A DNA stretch of 23,658 nucleotides from contig JANKJI020000002.1 in the NCBI GenBank assembly GCA_024626585.2, positions 123,448,956 through 123,472,613 of the forward strand, written 5' to 3'. The notes beneath the pieces are model-generated. The model searched no databases and was not told where the DNA came from. It saw nothing but the letters and a program-made list of their open reading frames with translations. The first letter of the stretch is position 1. Each line of letters begins with the position of its first letter. This stretch comes from Ginkgo biloba (Eukaryota > Plantae > Ginkgophyta). Of the stretch, positions 12,382 to 22,619 are shown piece by piece. A program made the translations under genes and the position numbers.

Positions 12382-15300
12382 TCGTGAATATTTTTATTAT
12401 ATTANNNNNNNNNNNNNNNNNNNNNNNNNNNNNNNNNNNNNNNNNNNNNNNNNNNNNNNNNNNNNNNNNNNNNNNNNNNNNNNNAAGATTTTATGATATA
12501 TTTTTAAAATAATAGTGAATGTTTTGGTGGAAAGTTTCTTATTTATGAATTAATTTTCTCAAAAATTGGTCAAAATATAGCAATCTAGCTATACATGGCC
12601 CATACAATATTCCCTTTTTTAAATGATGCTGAACTATACTCTTTTCCCTTGGTTAGAAAATATCTTATTTCTATTTTTCTTTTGATGAAGCATACTAGAT
12701 GTGGGACGTAAGAGTAGACCCCATAATTTAACATATGTGTAATCATTGNNNNNNNNNNNNNNNNNTCATCATTACCCAATAGATGAAATGCATGTTTTGG
12801 ATTTTGTTTATAAAAAATATATGAGATGTTAGACATAATAGCAGAATCAAAATTTAAACATATATGTGTAATCAGAATCTCTTAAGATAAGTTAGAGCAC
12901 TAGAGGGAAAAAAAAAAATTAGAGTTTATTGCAATTGCCAATGGTGGTTTTTCTCTAGTGTCTTTCCAAGAATCTTACCAAGTGATTTTTTTCGTGGATG
13001 CCCTAGTTAGGCCCCTACTTCTCATTATCGACCATGTAGGTGGCTTCTCTCTTCTCCTCTCCACATGCACCTACTTAGTAATAAAAAAACTTATCAATTA
13101 TATTAGGTGTAGTAGTTACTTCTTTGAGATTAGATTTTGGTAAGAAAATATCTACTATAGTACCAGGGCTCTTCTTGATATTTTCTCCTTCAATGTCAAT
13201 GTAAAATTTGGTGCCTTCAACTTAGGCACTATAAAGTTATTCTCTCTCCTACTTGGAAGTAATTAGTGGAACATAATCATAACCATTACTTTTAGAACCA
13301 AGTAGCTTAACAGAATCAATTGGACCTCCTCTTATAATAAGTAAGGTGGTTAATATTTTTTTGGACAAGGATAGAGTTTCATTCTTTACGAAATCTACCA
13401 TGGCTTCTACTATTATTGGTTATTCTTAAGGAGAACCCCCCTAGAGGTTAGATTAAGGAATTATTTTATGCAAAATAAGGGCCCAACCGACGCACATCAA
13501 GTTGCATCATTTTTACCCACAAAACATTTCACAGGGTAATGTGTAAATTGAACCAAATGAATTGCATGGGACAATGCCTCAACAACCAACATCTGCAAAT
13601 CTCACTCTTGCTTCCTATTTCATTAGGAAACTCCATGGTAACAACTTGTTTTACTTCTAAAGCGAGTTTCCTCACCCTATTCATGTTCTAGGGCTCATCT
13701 TCATTAGAAAACTCCATGGCAAGGTTAATTAAAGCAATTAAAAGCAAAATAACAATAAAAAGCTCTTCAATAACTAAATTAATATAATTGCCAAACAACA
13801 TAATAATAAAAATGATAAACATTGCTTGCAAGATTCCTACTCCATATCCAAAATGGCACTTTATGTTTAAATTGCCTATTGATTTTTTTTTCCCATGGAC
13901 CAGTTCCCATTTCCTATGTATTAATCAAATCACAAATAGGGATATTTAATATAAAACTAGTACAAACTCGTGGCAAGTAATCGCGATGATAAAGTAGTTC
14001 TTTCATTTTTTTTTCATGATTTGTCGATGATGATTGCAATTCATTTCATATGTGATATTCATTATTCTTTATAGTTATAAAATGATCTTTAGAAAACATA
14101 GTTAAAAATGCATATCTTATATTACTTCTTGCAAAAAACTACCTTTTTGAACACTATATTGTCCTTCTCATCATTATTAGGTTAAGGGGACTATTTTTCT
14201 ATGGCAAGTAATTAACACAATAATATCATTCTCATATAGAGGAAAAAATATCCTTCCAAGTCTCCATATATTTTCATCTCTTATAAATATAAAGGAGTTA
14301 TATTCTTAGTGGTTTCAACGTCCCATTTTTTTGCATTTGCCACCTACATTTATAAATAGCGTAAAAAATGATGTCATGGATTTGGAAGCGACAAATGGAT
14401 GTTTTGATGTAACTTTTTAAACTATACAACTTCATGAGATTAGGGATATAGAATCATTTAACAAATTTAAGATTCATAACATTAGCCTATTTGTTCTTAC
14501 TTAACAATTCATATGTTATTATGTTGCTCACATGATAACATAGAAAATTAGTCTCTTGAATCTTTTTAAATATTGGTAAGCATTTTCAAAATGATGGATA
14601 AACTAAATCAACAAATTCTACTATGAACAATGAATATATTGTACATACATACAAACATAGTACCTTGCCACACGGTTCTTAAATTTGTTAAACACACATG
14701 ATAATATTAACATGCATTATTGGTAGCGTAATTAGGCTATTGGAATTTTGCTCCACTTCCTTTACCGCCTTCCTCCTCAAGAAACTTTAATGGTTCACTA
14801 AATGCAGTAAGCGCCATGATATTGAGGGTCTTCAAAGGTTGTTACTGACAACACACGTAGGAGCAAGTCCATAGAAAAGTATGAGCAGGCCACCAACCAT
14901 AACATTGCTGTGGAGAGAAATCGTAATAACGCTCTGAAATGTTTCAATTTTGTCGATGCAGTGTGGAGTTTATCAGACTCGAAAATGTATGCACTTTGTT
15001 TTGTTAACAATGTTTTAATATTTTTTTGGTATTGGACACAAAATATTTTAGTCGTATAGATAAATAAATATGATATTCTTGTTGTGTTGCAGATTATATA
15101 TTAGATTTTCAAGTAAAGGACTTTGGAATTATGTATTACACTTTTTAACTTTTTCTTAGTGCAAATTTATAGGCATTATATTTATACTTCTATTGATATA
15201 TTTAGTTATTTATAATCTTGATATATTACACATTTTATATTGTGTTTTTCAAGTTACACCAAAAAAATTAAGAACGTATTCTATTTTTTTTCCTTCCCAA

Positions 15301-15654
15301 TAGATGTCCTTTTTATTAGAAAGATTATTTGTTCAATCATTGTTTAATGAGACCAAAATAGTTTGATAATAATGAATGTTTCTTCTTTATTATTTTTCTT
15401 TAATAACTTTATGATCCAAAAACTAAAATGTGTACAATAGAAGCAAATTGAAATGAAAAAGATATCACATCGTTGTATATAAATGATGCTTATATTAAAT
15501 AAAGAAATTGGAATGCTCTACAAAACTTGCAATAAAGCTTGATGGTGGAATCACAATCCACAATTATAAAACTAAATGTCCTAAAAATGGAATGAATAAT
15601 TAAAGTGCATAACATTGTTGTCTCACATAAGGATCAATTTATAATTTGTAAATG

Positions 15655-15825
15655 GAATTGCAAGCTTATTCCTTAGTAAAGAGAACTAAAATGCAAGCTT
15701 ATCATTTGGTAAATAAAAATTGAATAACAAGATTATCGATTGGTGAAGAAGAACTGAATCACAAGCTTACTACTTAGTGAAGAAGAATCAAATCGCAAGA
15801 TTATTGCTTGGTAAAGAAGAACTAA
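15655..15825. repeat. Degenerate 33-34 bp minisatellite, 5 copies
   Basis: caag(c/a)tta anchors at 15661, 15694, 15728, 15762 and 15796, each followed by tt(a/g)gt(a/g)aa and gaagaact-like sequence. Confidence 0.85.
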
Positions 15826-17845
15826 AGGAAAAATTCACTGAAGAACAACCACCACCCCAACCCTTTGCTTTTAAGATCTTGGGAGTTTTTATAATGTCCC
15901 CCTTGTAATTATCAAGGCAATTATGAAAATCACTCCTTTCATCTTCTTGGTCAAAGCTAGATGACATGGTGTTTTGCCACATGGTGGATGAGTTGAGTGA
16001 TGTGCTATGACTAGAAGGGGGCTAGCATATGGTCTCATGGGATCTAGCTTAGTAGAGGGGCTATGACCATGAATAGTCCTATGAAGGATTATAGATATAG
16101 TAATCCTATGAAAGGATTGCTCATATTTGTTAATTATTTATTGTAAGAGTTGTTCTTCCATTTATAGTTTTCTCTCACTTTGGTAGCTCTATTATATTAG
16201 ATCCTTATATAGATATCATTTTAGGACAAATGATGTGCACTAGCATGTTACTATTCTAAAACATGCTTAAGTTAGTATGTATCTATGCATTCTCTATAGA
16301 GTGTGCATGGGCATATTTCCTAATAGGGATTATGTTACTATGTATATCCTATGGCTTTTACATGAAAGAGGCCATAGTTTATATTTTTACACAACTGTAT
16401 ATTTTCACATTATACTCTTGTAATTTATAATAAAGAGATTATTTTTCTTCTTTGTCCAATCCTTTGAGGTCAAGAGATCTTACTAGATTCTTTGAGAGAT
16501 TAGAATCTTTTCTACTTGTGAAAATCTTTGTGTTCTTATAATCATATGTAGGGGATCGTGCTAGTGTTGCGAGGTTCGCAAGTACCAACAGGTCATTTTC
16601 TCGAGTTATGTATGGGATCGACAATGCAAAAAATCTACACACAATTTTCTTATCTTCAAAAAAATTTATAATGAAGCTTCAAGAGAAAGCACAACGTAGC
16701 CCAAAATACCTGCATCTCTTTAGGAAGTGCCATGCCTTTTTTCTCAAGTCCATATAGGCTTAGTTTTAGTAGAAGAACTTATTACTGATAGGAATAGGGT
16801 CATCCAATTTGTACACAGAAACTATACCTTAGATTTGTAAAGAATAAAAAGAGGTGAAAGGATAAGATTAGATTACCCTTTGTCTTATATTTAATGCTTC
16901 TATATCTCAAAGGTTTATACTAATTCTCTGGCATCATGTATATCATTTGGTATCATAACATGGATACCATAAGATGGATGAGAAAATTAAATTTATTTTT
17001 CTTCTTCCAATTGCAAACTCTTTGTTTCTTTTCTACAGTATCCACTTAATTAATGTCTAGGATTATAGGCCTAGGCATGGATGGAGAGTAAGGTATAGGG
17101 GAAGAAAGAAGGAAAGATCTTTCACCATCAGTTAATCAATTCATTATTTGACCAAAAAATTGAAGAGATAGAAATGAGTGACTTGGAGGATTTTTTATAG
17201 GGAACTCTAGAAGATTAAGTCGATGAGATTTATAATTTGGTTTGAAGAATGAAATAAGAGAAGAAGGAGAGATAGATATTCATATGAGGAATACATTATT
17301 TGATACAATTAATGTAGACTCAAGTATCAACTTTGAATGCTTCATCATCCTTGATGTGTTCCACCACATTTATTAAATTCAACTACACCTCCTCCTTTAT
17401 CTTTAGTTCCCAATATACCCTAGCATGTTCTTTCTCCTACCATAGGTCCACAAACACAACTAGCTACTAGGATAAATCCATTATGGGTTGAGTCAAGTGT
17501 AGAGATAAAGGTGTTCAAAGGAAAGATGGATGTATAATCCTTGAAGATGTTATGACCCTGAAAGGTATTTTTAAATAAATGATTGACATTTCATAGAATG
17601 ATGAATGACGATGATATTGCAAATGGTCCTAACTGGACTGCATATAGGTTTCATAAGGTTAATGGGTGCTTGTGAGGAAGTGCCTCTTCATCGTATGACC
17701 TTTCACTTAAATACTAATTACACACTAACTAATAATTAATAATAATACAAGCCATGATACTAATAATTAATACTAATTAGGGTTATAATATGAGATATTA
17801 TTATAGGAATTAAAAGTGTACTTCTAATGTTAGGATTATACATAT

Positions 17846-18043
17846 GAGAATTGGATCACATTTTTTTGTTTGAAGATTGAAAGAAAGGCTCTACTTTGGT
17901 GGAAATATTTTTATAAGTTTAGGGAGAAAGCGGGTCAACCGCAAAGTCCTTCTTGGGGGAACATCAAGAAGCAATTGAGAAAGAATTTCTATCCTCTTAG
18001 ATATAAGGATGAACTCTTTCTCAAATGTCATCATATATTGTGA
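17846..18043 (+). mobile_element. Ty3/gypsy gag (Retrotrans_gag-like) fragment
   Basis: Translates as ENWITFFCLKIERKALLWWKYF...PSWGNIKKQLRKNFYPLRYKDELFLK, matching the gag pattern L.G.A..WW...W...K..LR..F.P..Y...L..K. Confidence 0.75.
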
Positions 18044-18164
18044 TTTTTTTAGAATGAAAGAACNNNNNNNNNNNNNNNNNNNNNNNNNNNNNNNNNNNNN
18101 NNNNNNNNNNNNNNNNNNNNNNNNNNNNNNNNNNNNNNNNNNNNNNNNNNNNNNNNNNNNNNNT

Positions 18165-18300
18165 CTAGAGTGGAATATATGCCTCTTAAGAGATGTGTGT
18201 AGTCATGATGTTAATTTTCACTCTTCTTGGCATATTATCCGTATTCAATTCTTATGGTGTATATGGAAAGCTAGGAATGATGACATCTTAATCTTCAAGT
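18165..18300 (+). mobile_element. LINE ORF2 C-terminal fragment
   Basis: WHIIRIQFLWCIWKARNDDILIF matches the plant L1 W..(LW.IW..RN..IF) motif. It lies about 0.5 kb downstream of the 2OGD stop codon. Confidence 0.7.
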
Positions 18301-18787
18301 TCCTTCTTATTTACTTTCGGATTGTTTTGTTGTGCCTCACATTGTTAGGTTTCTGATTTACTTTCACATTGTTTACTTTCATGATGATTATTCTTTTCTT
18401 GAAAGACAGATGCATGTAAGCCTCGAGGCGCATGCTGTGGAAGTATATATATTCGGTTCATGAGGGTCCCTCAACCCCGTGACGTTCTTGGACAAATCGG
18501 TAAGGATAAAATTTGACATCAACAGCTGGGCGGTTTTAATTAAAATATTAAAAATTTCCAATTACAATTATTTGATAGAAGAAAAAGCAGAAAATAGAAC
18601 GAATCGCGGCCACACGTGAATCCTAGTATTTATGGTATTAGTTTTTTCACATTTGTGGCAACAAATCTCGATGACATTCGTATTCAACTAACTATGAAGA
18701 AATAAAGTAGTAGCTATATTATAATATAGAAGAGGTGAATTGACTTCGCAATCAAGCTAGGAGAAAGGTGTGAATGGAAATTTTGCT

Positions 18788-19039
18788 CTAGTTGATTTTG
18801 ACGAGGTCGAGGCAAGACTTGCCATCAAGGCGGGTGGTGAGAAAGTGTTTGGTGTAGTCTTTGAAAGCAATTTCTTTGTAGAGGGGAGGATGATGTTCGT
18901 CCAACAGCTCTGGAATGGGAGCAATTTTGATGGTGCAGTCGGTCCCAGGAAGAAAGAAAGTGGGCACAGACACTCTGGAGCGCTGAGCATTGGTGACAAC
19001 ACGATGTTCCACGCTCTTAAATCTACCATTCGACAGTAT
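18788..19039 (-). CDS. 2OGD exon 4 (ILSNGRFKSVEHRV...RVS...DGKSCLDLVKIN*)
   Basis: Acceptor gcgccag|ATACTGTCG. Contains the distal His and RxS. TAG stop at 18790-18788. Confidence 0.94.
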   Translation of the reverse strand: MLSNGRFKSVEHRVVTNAQRSRVSVPTFFLPGTDCTIKIAPIPELLDEHHPPLYKEIAFKDYTKHFLTTRLDGKSCLDLVKIN

Positions 19040-20161
19040 CTGGCGCAATATCCATTAAATCAGTAATGTCCATTAAATAAAATTAAATATTATAGCATAG
19101 ACTGAGAAACATAAACGTACCTGGAGTGTATCCCCAAGGTTAATGACAAGGGATCCATGCAGGGGTTGAACTGCAACCCAGCGGCCCTTGTTGGAAACTT
19201 GGAGGCCGCCTACTTGGTCTTGCAGGAGAAGGGTGATAGCTCCAGGGTCGGAGTGGCCACTTAGACCAAGAGTGAGGTCTGGCTGAGGGCAGGATGGATA
19301 ATAACTCATATACATCAACTGTGATCTCATGCATTTGCTGTCGATCAGACGAGTCGGAGGTAGACACAGGGCTTCTGCCAACAGAGTCAGCAACGTGGCG
19401 CCCAGAGCTTTGGTATGTTCGCAGTAGTCTATTGACGCGTCCCTGAAGCACACAATAATCAACATATTAATCTTATCAATATCTTAACATTAATTAATTG
19501 GCAATTATGCAATGCTTGCCTACCGACAGCTTGGAGGCCACTCGCTGTGGGCTGGCGGATGGGGCGCGTAGCGAACAGTGACGGTGTCTTTCCATTCCAT
19601 AACCTTCTCTTTGGCGGAATTGTAGTTGGGAAGATATCTGAAAGCCGCATTTGGGTTGTGAGTATTGTAGTACTTGGCCTTCTCCTCCATCGGTTCCCGG
19701 TTATATTTATGCACAGCGTCGATCATGCCGTCAAGGACAGATATGGGAATGCCGTGGTTGATAACCTAATAATTAATCATGTGTAAAAGCCTAATTAACC
19801 ATTGATATGTCTGCAATTAAAAATAAAACATATAATAGAAGAGAAGAGATGAATAATAATATTATACCTGAAAGAATCCCCAGCTTTCACATGCTTCAGT
19901 GATCTGTTGGAGAATGTGAGGACGGCGATGAGGGGCATCCACTCCTTCCATGTCCACCACAGGGATGTTCTCCGTCGTACAAACTGGAGTTGCATTGGGA
20001 CGCTGATCAACGGGCCTCACATATGACGGCGGAACCGATTCAACACCGGAGTCCGCAAGACCTTTCACTCCCATCTTCTCCTCCTCATGATCTCCGTGAA
20101 TATCCTCATAATCGCCATGATGAATTGCCATCGACGTTGCTTCTTCCACAGTTGCAGCCAT
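18788..20161 (-). CDS. Fe(II)/2-oxoglutarate-dependent dioxygenase (plant DOXC class; F6'H/S8H-like or ACO-homolog-like), 4 exons, 369 aa
   Basis: Exons 20161-19868, 19765-19524, 19442-19121 and 19039-18788 total 1110 nt and splice in frame through GT-AG introns of 102, 81 and 81 nt. The protein has DIOX_N motifs (GVKGLADSG..VPPSYVRP, IPVVDM, ACESWGFFQVINHGIP), the Fe triad H242-S-D244...H298, the 2OG-binding R308-V-S310, YYPSCPQPDLTLG, LLLQDQVGGLQV and INLGDTLQILSNGRFKSVEHRV. There are no internal stops. Confidence 0.96.
19121..19442 (-). CDS. 2OGD exon 3 (DASIDY...HSD...NLGDTLQ)
   Basis: Acceptor ttcag|GGACGCG completes the CGG (Arg) codon. Donor CTCCAG|GTACGT (phase 0). 322 nt, carrying the HxD motif. 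Confidence 0.94.
19524..19765 (-). CDS. 2OGD exon 2 (VINHGIP...EWKD...WPPSCR)
   Basis: Acceptor attag|GTTATCAACCACGGC and donor TGTCG|GTAGGC (phase 2); 242 nt. Confidence 0.93.
19868..20161 (-). CDS. 2OGD exon 1 (aa 1-98, MAATVEE...SWGFFQ)
   Basis: ATG in the context gaagaagATGG. The exon ends at CAG|GTATAA, a phase-0 donor at the conserved WGFFQ|V intron position. Confidence 0.93.
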
Positions 20162-20248
20162 CTTCTTCTTTAACTCTTAATATCTATTGCATTGTGATTT
20201 GATTACCGCCAATTCAGCTTCCTCTGCTGCGCAAAACACAACTCTAGC

Positions 20249-20255
20249 ATTTATA
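20249..20255 (-). promoter_or_regulatory. TATA box of the 2OGD gene
   Basis: TATAAAT on the minus strand about 88 nt upstream of the ATG, at the edge of a GC/CpG-richer proximal region (about 20220-20490). Confidence 0.65.
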
Positions 20256-20650
20256 CCCGCCACATACATGAACTCGCCAAATGAGGTTCAAACATTTAGC
20301 ACCAGTGACTGGGCTGCAGGAATCTGTTGAGGCGCTGCCACCAGCGTCGTTATCGGGTCAGGCCGCCCTTTTGGACTGATAGGGAGCAGGTTTGGAATTT
20401 GACACCCGTTTGCAGGTCATTAGGCGTGTTTTTTGTAACACCGGATTAATCAGTTTTTGAAAGGGTTAACGCTTAATAACGGCTATACGGTAATAATTGA
20501 TATTGACATTCATTTATTTTTTTGAATTCGAAGTGCAATATTTCGTATTAAAAATGTCATCAAAATTTAACATGAAGTGTAAGGGATCAAATTTGATAGA
20601 AAATTCTTCTATGATGGGATGTTTTACAATAAAATACATTATAATTGTAC

Positions 20651-20696
20651 TTCTCGAGACCTTGTCAAATTTATTCTCGAGACCTTGTCAAATTCA
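20651..20696. repeat. 23-bp direct tandem duplication upstream of the 2OGD gene
   Basis: ttctcgagaccttgtcaaattta (20651-20673) followed by ttctcgagaccttgtcaaattca (20674-20696). A diverged related copy lies at about 20713-20760. Confidence 0.9.
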
Positions 20697-22619
20697 TGTT
20701 TGAATATTGCATATTATAATTGTAGTTCTCAAGAACGTGTTAAACTCATCTTTGAATATTACAGGCACGTTTTTGACTGGAATGCCAATTTGCATATGTA
20801 ATTTTTTTTTTTAAAGATTGGATAATGCATGTCACATTTCAACTTTCTTAAATTTGTGTAGGTGCACTAAATGCAAAAATCAATATTTTTTTTATTTGGT
20901 TGGGGTCATGGGGGGAGGCGGTGGGTGGGGGTTCTTTTCAAAATAAAAAATGGACTTGCACCATCTATATATTACTAATAAAAAACATTAATTGATTTAA
21001 AACCACTAAAGATTCTATCATATGCCTCCACCATTCACTTGTTTCAAAACTAATCATACCATTGACTATTTTCATCATCCTCCTCCTCCTTATTCACCAT
21101 AAAAATTTGTTGATTTCCACTTGCTAAGTCATGCCAACATTGTATCTAGTGTTTATTATGTAATATTAAAAATGTATAACATTAGTTTAAATTGATTATT
21201 GTTGTCATCTTGAACTAATTATCACATGCATTTGAATATTGGAAGCATAATATCTACAAATATATATCTTAGAATAAGTTTCTTCAAATATATGTAAAGA
21301 GATTATATTGCAAATTACTTCAATGTAAGTAAAAGGATTCTATGATTAAAAATTTTCTAGCATTAATGCATTAAAAAAATTAAGCAAAATCATTATTCTT
21401 CTTTTCATATTAATCAATGTGCTTCACATAATGGTGCCAAACCCATGTTTGAATATTCCTTTTGCTTTATTCAAATGATGTTATCTATCTTGATATAACA
21501 TTAATATATGTGTCTTCAAAGATGCACCAATTTCCATGACATATCCACTTATAAGGTTAGATAGTATAAAAAAATGTAGTTAGTGTTGCGCCAATATGAT
21601 AAGGTGCAACACATCATTCGATATTCATTAATTTCTTTGCTCATTATTTTTTTTAATTCAAAAAACAAGGAATTATATTATAAATGAAAATTTTAAAATT
21701 TTACAAAATGGATTCTTTAGCAACCTCTATCTCTAAACTTCTACTGGTAGATACATACAAAATTTGAATGACAAGGGCTAAGATTCAGAGCATTGGTCTA
21801 GTGGATATAAAAGTGGGTCTTGAGAAGTAAGAACCTACAAAGAGAGTTTTTCAATACTCAAGAAATCCAAAACTTTAGAGAGCATGTGTCCTTACCCTAC
21901 ATAGAAATTTATATAGAGTGGCATCACTTTACCACTGGAGCTTCTTTAGTTGGCTTCTGACCAACCATGGGCACTTTAAACTTCTTTATGATCCCATTTT
22001 TATTTTTTCCATCTTTCTTCCTTTTGAGCTAGCCATATTTTTTGAAAAGGATACAAATTTTATAAGCGAGGTCAATCAAAGATTTCTTCAAGGACTTCAT
22101 TTGATTTAACCAAAATTTCTCCTAATTTCCCATATATGTCAACTGATTCATCACATGCATGTGTTATATCAATTGTCTAGAGCGATTCCTTGAGACGTGA
22201 TACCTCCTTTTTTATTTCATGTATAGAATCCTCCAAGGATGCCATTCTAGAATTTGTGTTATCAAATATTTCCTTGGCCAAATGATATAGGTTTCTCTTA
22301 CCTTTTTAAGAGGAAGGCTCAATGACCTCCTCTCGAGTTTTCAAATGGCCTCTAAGATAACTATACATCTTCTTCTTATTTGAAATTTTTCTCTAAGCTC
22401 ATTGAGCACTACCTCCCCATGAATTCAATCTCTATGAGTCATTGAAGTTCATATGTTATTTCCTAAAGATTTGATCTATATCCTCATTCTTCCTATGTAT
22501 CCTCACATGATGTGAGTTTTGATGGCATTTAATTCCATCTACGAGAGGGACGCACTCCCCATACTTATCAGTTGAATGATATTAAAGGACTCCTTGCATG
22601 GGCTAAGGAGGGCACCTTT

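Noticed and set aside
12011-12512. Cys/Val/Tyr- and His/Thr-rich ORFs
   Set aside because: Translations of a microsatellite and N gaps.
16680-17100. Possible decayed gypsy RT on the minus strand (VYKLDDPIPIS; LGYVV)
   Set aside because: The motifs are too degenerate and irregularly spaced to support without a profile search.
18770-19786. Plus-strand ORFs 18770-19066 and 19547-19786, and alternative-frame ORFs 19140-19451 and 19459-19650
   Set aside because: Antisense or off-frame shadows of GC-rich 2OGD exons, with no recognisable domain.
18788-20161. Assigning the gene symbol F6'H1, S8H, ACO or DMR6
   Set aside because: Family membership is clear, but key pocket residues differ and orthology cannot be established without a phylogeny.
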